This document shows, piece after piece, positions 39,463-48,929 of a stretch of DNA of 64,000 nt. Position 1 is the first letter of the stretch. The number at the start of each line of letters is the position of its first letter. This DNA comes from an uncultured delta proteobacterium. Its GTDB lineage: Bacteria > Desulfobacterota > Binatia > HRBIN30 > BPIQ01. A program made the translations under genes and the position numbers. The notes beneath the pieces were generated by a model. That model saw nothing but the letters and a program-made list of their open reading frames with translations, was not told the origin of the DNA and ran no database searches. The DNA is taken from contig CAVXGR010000012.1 of the NCBI GenBank assembly GCA_963761335.1, positions 544,001 to 608,000 on the forward strand. Reading direction: 5' to 3'.

Positions 39463-42400
39463 TTCACATCCCCCGGGCAGAGCCCCACCACCGAGAGGCA
39501 GGGAAGATGGCGGAAGCGGTGGCGGAACTTGATGTCGCCGCCGAAGGTGCCCGCCTGCGACTCGGTCTGGCTCTTCCACTGCCCCTGGACGGATATCGAC
39601 GGCGTCAGCTGGTACTCGAGGCCGGCGCTGTTGCGCGTCTCCGCACCGAACGTGCTTCCCACCGTGGCGCTCAGCTGCTCGGTGATGTCCTTGCCGATGG
39701 TCAGACGCGGCTCGAAGGAGCCGGTGGTCGGCGAGAAGGTGGGCTCGATCTGCAGCCGGTCCACCGGCAGCACCTGGGTGATGTCGCGGCTCAGCTGTCG
39801 GCCGTAGAGCGACGGCGCCAGAGAAAGGATGTCGGCGGCAGCGGCGCCGCCACCGGCGCGCTGCAGCTGGGCCGAGGTCTTGCCCAGAGTGAGCAGGGCG
39901 AAGACGTCGGTCTGCGTCAGGTTCGCGTCGTCAGAGCTGAGGACGACGCGAAAGTTCTGCATGGTGCCGACCACCTGCGCGGTGACGTCGTAATCCGTCT
40001 CCGCCGTCTGCACGGTGGCGGTGGCGGTGAAGTGCAGATCCGGGTTGATCTGCGGCTGGTTGTTGAAGTCGATCGTGCCCTCGATGAGCTCGAGCTGCTC
40101 GCGGCCGACGACCACCTGCCCGGAGAGCAGCTCGACGCGCCCGTCGAGCCGCGGCGCCGCGGCGGTGCCGAGAACCCGCAGGTCGACGCGGAACTCGGCG
40201 GTGGCTACCGGGGTGTCGACATAGACGCCATCGGTCGCCACCACGTGCAGGTTGAGACGGACGGTGGTGCCGCCCTTCTGCGTCGGCCGGCCGACCCGCT
40301 GCACCTGGCGGCGCAACGACGGCATCAGGTCCTGCAGGCCGATGTCGCGGCTGTAGACGGCGCTGAGAATGGTGATCTGCCCGTCCACGGTGAGGTTCGA
40401 CCAGCTCCCCGTGACCTTGCCGGTCCCGGAGAGCCGGTCCTCGAGATCTTCGAGAAAGCCGGTGCTGATATCGACGAACTGCCAGCTCAGATCCGGGCCG
40501 GTCGCCATGTCCACCCCGCCCTGCACCGAGAAGTCGCCGCCGCCGAGCTTGCCCTGGATGCCGGTGACCTCGATCTGGTTCTGGTGCAGCTGGAAGCTGC
40601 CGTTGGCGTCGGTCACGCCGAAGGGAAGCCCGAAGTCGATGGCGAGGTTCTGCAGGTTGCCGCCGCCGCTCAGCGACCAGGCGCCGCCGCTGCGGCGGAT
40701 GTTGGCGTCGACGTTGAGATGACCGCGGGCGGAGGTGATCACCTGGCCGGCGAGCTCGAGGATCGCCGCGTCGGTGTCGGCGGTAACGTTCACCTGCATC
40801 GGGCCGCCCAGCTCGACGTAGCCGCTCGCCTGCAGGCGGCCGAGAGCGCCGCCGAGCTGCAGAGAACCGATGTCGAAGCGGCCCTTGTGGCCGGTGATCA
40901 CCACGGGTTGCTGGGCGCTCAGCGCCAGGCCGGAGCGGCTGATCTCGAGCTGCGGCAGGCGCAGCTCCATGTCGAGGGAGGCGGTCGGCTCCGAGAGCCT
41001 GCCCTTGGCGGTGAGCGTTCCGCTGGTGCGGACGGCGAGATCGGCTTCGGGCGACAGGGCCGGACCGAGGTCGACGGTATCGAGGATGACTTCGAAGTCG
41101 TAGGGATAGCCGGCGGCGCTGCGCACCGTGCCGTCGGCGACGAGCTTCTGCGAGGGCGTGCCGATGTGCAGGCTCCAGCCCTGGGGCACCGACTGGGCCT
41201 TTGCGGTGACCTGGCCGATGTCGCGATTCTCGACCTTCACGTCCTGAAGGATTACCTGGGCCTCACCCGCGGGCTGGCGGAGGCTTCCGGTGATATTGGC
41301 CTGGACGACGGCGGTGCCCTCGAGGTTCTGCCCCATCTTCTGGATGAAGCCGAAGCCGTCGAGGGCCCAGGGCATCGACTGCGCCTGCAGCGACACCTGC
41401 TCGGTTCCGGTGCCATGCCCCTCGAGCGTGAGCGTCTCTCCCTCGCGGTGTTGGATCTGCGCGTCGACCTTCCAGCTCTTGCCGGTGACCTCCACGTCGG
41501 CGTGCACCGAGGAAAACCGCTCCGTGGCCAGCGCCAGCGGCTTGCCGTTCAGCTGGCCGCTGAGCTGCAGATTGCTCCATTCTCCCTGGGCGCTCGCCTG
41601 TGCGGTCAGCTCGCCCGACATGTACGGCAGGTCGAGACCCAGTCCGTTGGCCACCGTCCACATGGCCTCGAGGTCGACGTTCTGCACATCCACCTGCCAG
41701 GAGTTCTCCGCGCCGTTCTGCAGGGCGACGCGCCCGTTCACCGCCGCCCGCCCGCCCACGGCACGCACCTCGATCTGCTTGGCGACGAGATCTTTCTCCG
41801 TCGCCTCGAAGCCGCCGCTGACGGCGTCGATGCGCACCCCCTGAACCACCACGCCATTGGCGGCAATGTCGCCGCTGATCGCCGGCGAAGAAGTGGTGCC
41901 GCCGATGGCGGCGGTCAGACGCACGGAGCCACCCTGCAGGGTGGGCTCCAGGGGCCGGAGCACCGCGGTGTTGGGCACGGAGATCTCCACATGGCCGTCC
42001 AGAGACTGGTTCGCCCCGACCTGAACCTTCGCCTGGATCGCCTCCGCGCCGTTCAGCCGAACGCTGGCGTCGGCGCTGCCGCTGCCGCCGGCGAGGCTCG
42101 CCTCGGCGTGCGCCGCGACCTCGAGCCCGCTGCCCGCGTACGAGGCGCGGCGCACTCCCTGCAGAGCGGCATCGAAATTTCCCTGCTCGACGGCGAACGG
42201 CGAAATGGTGCCCGCCGCCGTCAGCTCGGCACTGCCGCTCCCCTCGAGATTGGCGACGCCGAGCCGCGGCCCGAGAGCGGCGAGGTCAATGCCGCTGACC
42301 TGGACCTTGGCGTCGAACGGATAGGCGCCCTCGATCGTCAGCGCCGCGTTCCCGGCGAGCTGCAGGCCCTCGCCGCGGACATCCAGGTCGGAGACCTGCA

Positions 42401-43310
42401 GATGCTTGTCGCCGTAGTCGAGATTGCCGGCGAGGAGGGTGCCGCGATAATCGTCGTAGCGCCAATCCCTGACGGCGACCTTCGCCTGCACCCGGGGCTC
42501 GAGGAGATCGCCGCGGAGCGTCCCGGAGACCGACAGCTGGCCGGCGACCGGGGCCTGCAGGCCGAGCAGATCGGCCACCTTGCCGAGGGCGACGTCGGCG
42601 TCGACGGCGTCCAGGTGCGGCGCCGTGGACTTGGCGTCGATCGAGCCGAGATCGCTGCGCAAGGTCAGCTTGTCGACGACCAGGCCCTTCTGATCGACGC
42701 CGCCCTGGAGGGCGAGCTTCTGGACGCGCACCTGGCGCGGCCCGAGAGAGACGTCGATGGCCTCGCTGTGCAGCTCCACGATGGCGCGCCCGGCCTGCGT
42801 CTGCGCCGTCAGCTCGGCTCCCGGCGCCTCGATGGTCATCGGCTCCTCTCCGGGCAGCACCACCTTCAGGTGGCCGACGTCGAAGGACGACACATCGATC
42901 GAGGGCAGCGGCAGGATCGACTCGATCCCCTCCTCCGGCTTCTCCTCCGGCTTCTGCTCCCCGGCCGGCCAGCGGGTCGCGTCGACGATCAGGTTGCCGA
43001 GGTGTCCGCTCACCACCGGCTGGCGGCGCGTCAGGCTCTCTCCGGCTCGAACCCTCAGATCGACGTCGGAGAGCTGCAGGCTGGGGCTCTCGGGCTTGCC
43101 GATGGTGAGCTGGTCGAGATGCGCCGTCGTCTGCAAGATGTCTAGATGGAGGCCGCGGATGGAGACGTCCTGATCGGTCGCCTGTGCCAGCACGCCCTCC
43201 AGGCGCTGGCGCCCGAGCTCGACCAACCACGGCAGACCCCAGAACCACGCGAGCACCACCAGGGCAGTGATCAGCAGCACCAGGCCGAGCAGAACTCGGC
43301 GCCAGGTCAC
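39459..43310 (-). CDS. tamB: Translocation and assembly module TamB-family protein
   Basis: N-terminal TM, long beta-taco repeats, C-terminal DUF490-like region; adjacent to the Omp85 gene. Confidence 0.85.
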   Translation of the reverse strand: MTWRRVLLGLVLLITALVVLAWFWGLPWLVELGRQRLEGVLAQATDQDVSIRGLHLDILQTTAHLDQLTIGKPESPSLQLSDVDLRVRAGESLTRRQPVVSGHLGNLIVDATRWPAGEQKPEEKPEEGIESILPLPSIDVSSFDVGHLKVVLPGEEPMTIEAPGAELTAQTQAGRAIVELHSEAIDVSLGPRQVRVQKLALQGGVDQKGLVVDKLTLRSDLGSIDAKSTAPHLDAVDADVALGKVADLLGLQAPVAGQLSVSGTLRGDLLEPRVQAKVAVRDWRYDDYRGTLLAGNLDYGDKHLQVSDLDVRGEGLQLAGNAALTIEGAYPFDAKVQVSGIDLAALGPRLGVANLEGSGSAELTAAGTISPFAVEQGNFDAALQGVRRASYAGSGLEVAAHAEASLAGGSGSADASVRLNGAEAIQAKVQVGANQSLDGHVEISVPNTAVLRPLEPTLQGGSVRLTAAIGGTTSSPAISGDIAANGVVVQGVRIDAVSGGFEATEKDLVAKQIEVRAVGGRAAVNGRVALQNGAENSWQVDVQNVDLEAMWTVANGLGLDLPYMSGELTAQASAQGEWSNLQLSGQLNGKPLALATERFSSVHADVEVTGKSWKVDAQIQHREGETLTLEGHGTGTEQVSLQAQSMPWALDGFGFIQKMGQNLEGTAVVQANITGSLRQPAGEAQVILQDVKVENRDIGQVTAKAQSVPQGWSLHIGTPSQKLVADGTVRSAAGYPYDFEVILDTVDLGPALSPEADLAVRTSGTLTAKGRLSEPTASLDMELRLPQLEISRSGLALSAQQPVVITGHKGRFDIGSLQLGGALGRLQASGYVELGGPMQVNVTADTDAAILELAGQVITSARGHLNVDANIRRSGGAWSLSGGGNLQNLAIDFGLPFGVTDANGSFQLHQNQIEVTGIQGKLGGGDFSVQGGVDMATGPDLSWQFVDISTGFLEDLEDRLSGTGKVTGSWSNLTVDGQITILSAVYSRDIGLQDLMPSLRRQVQRVGRPTQKGGTTVRLNLHVVATDGVYVDTPVATAEFRVDLRVLGTAAAPRLDGRVELLSGQVVVGREQLELIEGTIDFNNQPQINPDLHFTATATVQTAETDYDVTAQVVGTMQNFRVVLSSDDANLTQTDVFALLTLGKTSAQLQRAGGGAAAADILSLAPSLYGRQLSRDITQVLPVDRLQIEPTFSPTTGSFEPRLTIGKDITEQLSATVGSTFGAETRNSAGLEYQLTPSISVQGQWKSQTESQAGTFGGDIKFRHRFRHLPCLSVVGLCPGDVK

Positions 43311-43453
43311 CTGGGTTCTCCGACCCGCATGTCAGTTTCCCATGACCGAACGGAAAGGCACCCCCTAGTACTATCCGGCGGCATTGGATGTGTTAAGACG
43401 GCGAGATTGAAGAAAGCAACGGCGATGGCGTCAATGTCTTCGAAGTCCAACCC

Positions 43454-44830
43454 ATGAGACGACCGGCGACTCTCTGCTCACTGCTGGCGGTGGCTTCCGC
43501 CGCACTTCTCTGCGGGCCGCCGCCGGTGCGCGCGGTATCGCCGCCGGAGTCGTTCGCGCCGATCGTGCGCGCCGCCGGCCCGGCGGTGGCCTACATCTTC
43601 ACCACACAGGCACGGCGGATGCGGCGCTTCGGCATGCCCGGGGATCCGTTCGACGATTTCTTCCAGCGATTTTTCGGGGACGAGATGCCGCAGGTGCGCC
43701 CGCAGCAGAGCCTCGGCTCGGGATTCATCATCAGCGCCGACGGCTACATCGTCACCAACGCCCACGTGATCGCCGATGCCGTCAGCATCCGTGTCCGCCT
43801 GCACGACAAGCGGGAGTACGAGGCGGAGCTGGTGGGCAGCGACGCCAAGACCGACGTGGCCTTGATCAAGGTCGACGGCACCCACCTGCCGACGGTGAAG
43901 CTCGGCCACTCCGCCGGCCTCGAGATCGGCGACTGGGTACTCGCCATCGGCAATCCCTTCGGCCTCGAGCAGACGGTGACCGCGGGAATCGTCAGCGCCA
44001 AGGGGCGGGTCATCGGCGCCGGCCCATACGACGACTTCATCCAGACGGACGCGTCGATCAATCCCGGCAACTCGGGTGGACCGCTGCTCGACTCCGACGG
44101 CGAGGTCGTCGGCATCAACAGCGCCATCTTCAGCCGCAGCGGCGGCAACATCGGCATCGGCTTCGCCATCCCCATCGACTTGGCGCAGCACGTGATCGCC
44201 CAGCTCCGCGAGCACGGCCGCGTCATCCGCGGCTGGCTCGGGCTCGAGACGCAGGACATCACTCCCGAGCTGGCGCGCAGCTTCGGGCTGCCGCAGGCCA
44301 GCGGCGCGCTGGTGGTGCAGGTGGCTCCGGGGGGCCCGGCGGGCGAGGCCGGAATGCGGCGCGGCGACGTGGTCATCGCCTACGCCGGAAAGCCGGTCGC
44401 CGACAGCCGCGGGCTCCGCAGCCTGATTGCCGACGCTCCCATCGACGAGCAGGTCACCCTGCGCATCGTGCGCGACGGCCGCCAGTACTCGGTGCGCGCC
44501 AAGGTGTCCGGCATTCCGGGGGAGGCGGCGCGCCAGACGCGCCGCTCCGGTGAAGGCGGATGGGGCTTCGAGGTGTCGGAGCTGACGCCGCTGCTGGCAC
44601 GGCGCGCCGGCATACCGCCCGGTGTGCGCGGAGTCATGGTCACCGGGGTGACCGAGGGCGGCTCGGCGGCGGCGGCCGGCGTCGCCGAAGGCGACGTGAT
44701 CCGCGAGGTGAACCGCCGTGCGGTGACCTCCGTGGCGCAGCTGCAAGCCGCCGTGCGCCACACCGGCGAGCAGCTTCTCCTGCTCATTCAGCGGGGTCGA
44801 GGCGCCGGGTTTCTGCTGCTGCAGAGATAG
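43454..44830 (+). CDS. HtrA/DegP-DegQ serine protease with two PDZ domains
   Basis: TNAHV, TDVAL, QTDASINPGNSGGPL. Confidence 0.95.
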   Translation: MRRPATLCSLLAVASAALLCGPPPVRAVSPPESFAPIVRAAGPAVAYIFTTQARRMRRFGMPGDPFDDFFQRFFGDEMPQVRPQQSLGSGFIISADGYIVTNAHVIADAVSIRVRLHDKREYEAELVGSDAKTDVALIKVDGTHLPTVKLGHSAGLEIGDWVLAIGNPFGLEQTVTAGIVSAKGRVIGAGPYDDFIQTDASINPGNSGGPLLDSDGEVVGINSAIFSRSGGNIGIGFAIPIDLAQHVIAQLREHGRVIRGWLGLETQDITPELARSFGLPQASGALVVQVAPGGPAGEAGMRRGDVVIAYAGKPVADSRGLRSLIADAPIDEQVTLRIVRDGRQYSVRAKVSGIPGEAARQTRRSGEGGWGFEVSELTPLLARRAGIPPGVRGVMVTGVTEGGSAAAAGVAEGDVIREVNRRAVTSVAQLQAAVRHTGEQLLLLIQRGRGAGFLLLQR

Positions 44831-45049
44831 GTGCGGGCCCGCCGACGGGACCGGGACCCTTGACCCTTCGCCGGGGGAATATTAATTCGGCGCGGAGCAC
44901 TTCAGTCGCTGGCGACCTCACCGCCCCGCGTTGAGTGCCGCAGTGGAGGCACCATCGTCCAGGCACATCACATAGGAAGCGGTCAGGGGTCGGAAGAGCA
45001 AGCGGGCGGCAGCGGCGCTCCGCGGCGCCACCGCCGCTGGGTTTCGCTC

Positions 45050-46048
45050 ATGGTCGTCGTCGGCCTGGGCGTGCTGGTGCTGCTCTTCGTGCTCGCCGAC
45101 ACCCGCGCCCTGCTGCGCACCATCGAGCAGATCAATCCGTGGCTGCTGATCCTCCCGGTCCTGGCCACCTTGGGCAGCTATCTGGCGATGTCGAAGTCGT
45201 ACCAGGGAATCGCCCACGCCGCCGACTGCCCGTTTCCCTTCTGGGAGATGCTCAAGATCAGCTTCGTGGCCAACTCGATGAACTACATGGTGGCCACCGG
45301 CGGCCTCAGCGGCTTCGCCGCGCGCCTCTACTTCTTCACCCGCCGCGGCATTTCCGGGAGCACCGCGACCTCGATCTCGCTGGCCCAGGGGTTCATCACC
45401 AACGTCACGCTGCTGCTCTTCATTCTGATCGGCTTCGGCTACCTCATCGCCTCGGCGCGGCTCTCGCCGGCGGCGCTGGTGACCACTTCGATCCTCCTCG
45501 GGCTCTGCGTCGCCGCCACCATCATCTGCATCGTCTTCCTCTTCCGCCGGCGCCTGCGCCGTCGTGTCATCTTCGTCCTCTCGCAGACCGCCGACCGACT
45601 GCTGCACCGCTTCCTGCCGCGTTACAAGCCGGCGCGCACGCGCATCTGGCGCTTCCAGCGCAACTTGAACCTCGGCATCGACTTCCTGCTCGACCGCCGC
45701 ACGCACATGATCGCGCCGACCATCTGGATCCTGATCGACTGGCTACTGACCATGGGCATTCTCGAGTTCGCCTTCTTGTGTGTCGGCTACCCGATCTCCT
45801 TCAGCGTGCTGATCATCGGCTTCGCCCTCGGCCTGACGCTGTCCTTGATATCGATCATCCCCGCCGGCCTCGGTGTCATGGAGGGCTCGATGGCGGCGGT
45901 GTTCACCAGCCTCGACGTCCCCTTCGAGACGGCCGTGGTCGCCGTGCTGATCTTCCGCGTCGCCTTCCACGTCATCCCCCTGGTGACCAGCGTGTTCTTC
46001 TTCCACGGCCTCTTCGTCGAGGGCCGCGCCCACAGCGGCGAGGGCTGA
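45050..46048 (+). CDS. Lysylphosphatidylglycerol-synthase TM (UPF0104) flippase-like membrane protein
   Basis: Multiple TMs; PAGLGVME and LIFR motifs; start uncertain. Confidence 0.8.
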   Translation: MVVVGLGVLVLLFVLADTRALLRTIEQINPWLLILPVLATLGSYLAMSKSYQGIAHAADCPFPFWEMLKISFVANSMNYMVATGGLSGFAARLYFFTRRGISGSTATSISLAQGFITNVTLLLFILIGFGYLIASARLSPAALVTTSILLGLCVAATIICIVFLFRRRLRRRVIFVLSQTADRLLHRFLPRYKPARTRIWRFQRNLNLGIDFLLDRRTHMIAPTIWILIDWLLTMGILEFAFLCVGYPISFSVLIIGFALGLTLSLISIIPAGLGVMEGSMAAVFTSLDVPFETAVVAVLIFRVAFHVIPLVTSVFFFHGLFVEGRAHSGEG

Positions 46049-46063
46049 GGGGGCGAGGGTTTC

Positions 46064-46250
46064 GGGTGTTGAGGGGTGGGTGTTGAGGGGTGGGTGTTGA
46101 GGGGTTGCGGGGTTGGGGGGAATCGTGCTCGTGCTCGTAATCGCGGGATAACCCCCTCCGCCCCGCCGACGCGGCGGGACGCCGCGTCTACGCCGATCTG
46201 CTTCCCCGCTCGCCAACAGCCAACACCTCAATACCCAACACCTATCACCT
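46064..46250. repeat. Composite intergenic repeat: 7/8-mer arms, gtgctc hexamers and a REP hairpin
   Basis: gggtgttgaggggt repeats, gtgctcgtgctcgtaatcg, gacgcggcgggacgccgcgtctac. Confidence 0.7.
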
Positions 46251-46296
46251 TGACTTTTCACGAGAATCATTCAGACTGCGGGGCCAGCTGGGGTGG

Positions 46297-47562
46297 ATGA
46301 GGATGAGGATCGGCATGCGCAAGAGACTGGCGAGCTCGGCATTGGTCGTCGCGGTCGCCCTGCTGGTGCCGGCGCTGACCGTTGCGGCGGCGCCGGCGAC
46401 CCTGGGCAGGATCACCGCCAAGGCGGCGATCCTGATGAATCGGCACACCCATGAGGTGATCTGGCAGCGGAACGCCGATCTGCCGTTGCCGCCGGCGAGC
46501 ACCACCAAGGTGCTGACCACGCTCGTGGCCCTGCGCAGTGCCCACCTCGACGACGTTTTCACGGTGAGCGAGGAGGCGGCGCAAGCGCCGCCGTCCAAGG
46601 TGCATCTGCGGCCCGGATGGCGGCTGACGCTCGAGGACCTCGCCTACGCCATCCTGCTCAACTCCGCCAACGACGCCGCCGAGGTGGTGGCCGAGAACGT
46701 CGCCGGATCGATCCCGGCGTTCGCCCGCCGCATGATGCGTCAGGCGCGCCAGGTGGGCGCCGTGAACAGCTTCTTCGTCAACCCACACGGCCTTCCCGCC
46801 GCGGGCCACGTGTCCACCGCCCGCGACCTGGCGTTGATCTTCGACGAGGCGCTCCAGGAGCCCGAGTTTCGCAGGATCGTCTCGACCCAGCGCATGGTCA
46901 TCGAGCCGGAACGCGGATTGCGGCGACCGATCCGCCTGCACAATCACAACCGCCTGCTGGACCGCTACAAGGTGCCGGTGGTGGGCAAGACGGGATGGAC
47001 GATCGCCGCCAAGAAGTGCTTCGTCGGCGCCGCCCTGCCCGACACGGGGCCCGAGATCCTGGTCGCCGTTCTCGGCTCGAAGGATCTGTGGGGCGACGTG
47101 ACCAAGCTGCTGAACTACGGACTTTCCGGCGATCGTTTCCCCGAGCCGCCCGACCTGCAGATGGCGCAAGCAGACGCCGATGCGGTCCCCGAGCCGCCGC
47201 CGGTCGGCGCCGGAGACAGCGAGGAGCTCAGCCCGGCGCCGCCGCGGCGCGCGCACCGACACGCGCATCGGCCGGCGCTGCGGAGCGCTCCTGCGTCGCC
47301 GGCGTCAGAGAACGGCTCGCTGCAGAGCTACGCCGTGCAGCTGGCCACATTCGAGAGCCCCGATCGCGCCCGCGAGCTGGTCTCGGCGGCAGAGCGCAAG
47401 GGCTACAAGGCCCGCATCCGCCGCATCGCCCGCTCCAACCGCACCATGTACCGCGTCACCATGGGCGATTTCGCCAGTCACGGCGCCGCCCGTTCCGCTG
47501 CGGCGCGCATGCGCCACGAGTACGAAGACCTCCGCCCGCTGGTGGTCGCCCCCTCGACGTAA
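46297..47562 (+). CDS. D-alanyl-D-alanine carboxypeptidase (S11) with C-terminal SPOR domain
   Basis: ASTTK (SxxK), SAN (SxN), KTG; YAVQLATF..YRV SPOR motif. Confidence 0.92.
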   Translation: MRMRIGMRKRLASSALVVAVALLVPALTVAAAPATLGRITAKAAILMNRHTHEVIWQRNADLPLPPASTTKVLTTLVALRSAHLDDVFTVSEEAAQAPPSKVHLRPGWRLTLEDLAYAILLNSANDAAEVVAENVAGSIPAFARRMMRQARQVGAVNSFFVNPHGLPAAGHVSTARDLALIFDEALQEPEFRRIVSTQRMVIEPERGLRRPIRLHNHNRLLDRYKVPVVGKTGWTIAAKKCFVGAALPDTGPEILVAVLGSKDLWGDVTKLLNYGLSGDRFPEPPDLQMAQADADAVPEPPPVGAGDSEELSPAPPRRAHRHAHRPALRSAPASPASENGSLQSYAVQLATFESPDRARELVSAAERKGYKARIRRIARSNRTMYRVTMGDFASHGAARSAAARMRHEYEDLRPLVVAPST

Positions 47563-47619
47563 GCGCGGTCGGTGACTCGGTGACCGAGGAACCGAGCCAC
47601 TGAGACACAGTACCGCGCC

Positions 47620-48897
47620 TCACTCCACAGCGGCGCGGATGAGGTGAACGAGCTGGATGTTCTCGCTGTGTCCGGTCAGGCGCGCCGTGATGGCGCCGCG
47701 GATCGGGCGGCCGAGGAGATAGAAGTCGCCCATGATGTCGAGGATCTTGTGGCGCACGAACTCGTCGGGGAAACGCAGGGTGGTGTTCACCACCCGCTCG
47801 TCGTCGACGAGAATGCAGTTGTCGAGGCGGCCGCCGCTGGCGAGGCCGAGAGCGGCCATGGCCTTCATGTCGCGCAGGAAGCCGAAGGTGCGCGCCGGAG
47901 CGATCTGCTCGCGGAAGGACTCCGGTCCGTCGTAGTCGTAGCGCAGGCGCTGCTCGCCCACCGGCGGCGGATAGCGCAGCGTGTAATCGATGCTGAAGCC
48001 ATCGGCCGGATCGATGCGGATCATCTCCCCCGACTCCTCGCCGACGCACAGGGGCTCGCGGATGACGATCTCTTCCAGCGGCGCCACCTGCTCTTCGATG
48101 CCGGCGCTCTCGATCAGCTGGCAGAACTCAATCGCCGAGCCGTCCATGATCGGCACCTCGCCCTGCACCTTCACCAGCAGGTTGGTGATGCGGTAGGCGT
48201 GCAGAGTCGCCAGCAGGTGCTCGACGGTCTTGGCACTGACGCCGTTGCGGTGCAGTCCGGTGGCGTAGCCGGTCGAGTCGACGAAGTCGACGCGGGCGGG
48301 AACGGTGTCGGCGGCCGCCAGGCTGCCGAAGACGATGCCGCTGCCCGCAGGCATCGGCTGCAGGATCAGGCCGGTCTTCACCCCCGAGTGCAGCCCGTGA
48401 CCACTGGCGACGACGCTGCGCCGCAGCGTCTTCTCGCGAAGCGCGGGCAAGGCCACGGTGGAGCCGGGCGCCGCGCCGCCGCCCTCCGGAGCGGCGCAGC
48501 CGTCCTCGGCATCCTCGCCGCGCGTGTGCCGCCGGGCATGGTGCTCGAGGGCGCGGTTGACGATGCGCAGCAGGCCGTCGAGGGGAAACGGCTTCTCGAT
48601 GAAATCGAAGGCGCCGAGCTTGGTGGCGGTCACCGCGGTCTCGATGTTGCCGTGCCCGGAGATCATCACCACTTCCGGGCCGGCGTTCTCGGCCTTCAGC
48701 TCGCGCAGCAGCTGGATGCCGTCGAGCTCCGGCATCCAGATGTCGAGCAGAACCAGCTCGGGGTGCTCGCGGCGCACGATCTCGCGCGCCACCATCCCGT
48801 CCTCCGCCTCGATGACGCGCAGCCCCTCGTCGGCCAGCACACCCCGCAGGGAAGCGCGAATGTCGGCTTCGTCATCCACCACCAGAACCGTCGGCAT
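47620..48897 (-). CDS. lpxC: Response-regulator receiver fused to UDP-3-O-acyl-GlcNAc deacetylase (REC-LpxC)
   Basis: REC: VVDDE, LLDIWMP, MISGHG, EKPF. LpxC: G.GLHSG, TVEHLLA, DGSA, IAPARTFGF, EFVRHKILDIMGD, GH. Single uninterrupted frame. Confidence 0.93.
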   Translation of the reverse strand: MPTVLVVDDEADIRASLRGVLADEGLRVIEAEDGMVAREIVRREHPELVLLDIWMPELDGIQLLRELKAENAGPEVVMISGHGNIETAVTATKLGAFDFIEKPFPLDGLLRIVNRALEHHARRHTRGEDAEDGCAAPEGGGAAPGSTVALPALREKTLRRSVVASGHGLHSGVKTGLILQPMPAGSGIVFGSLAAADTVPARVDFVDSTGYATGLHRNGVSAKTVEHLLATLHAYRITNLLVKVQGEVPIMDGSAIEFCQLIESAGIEEQVAPLEEIVIREPLCVGEESGEMIRIDPADGFSIDYTLRYPPPVGEQRLRYDYDGPESFREQIAPARTFGFLRDMKAMAALGLASGGRLDNCILVDDERVVNTTLRFPDEFVRHKILDIMGDFYLLGRPIRGAITARLTGHSENIQLVHLIRAAVE

Positions 48898-48929
48898 TGG
48901 ATCTCCCTTCTGTCGCCGCTACGTCCGCG

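Noticed and set aside
36604..43145. Long plus-strand ORFs (1067 aa and 1245 aa)
   Set aside because: Antisense shadows of the omp85 and tamB genes, expected in high-GC DNA; no motifs
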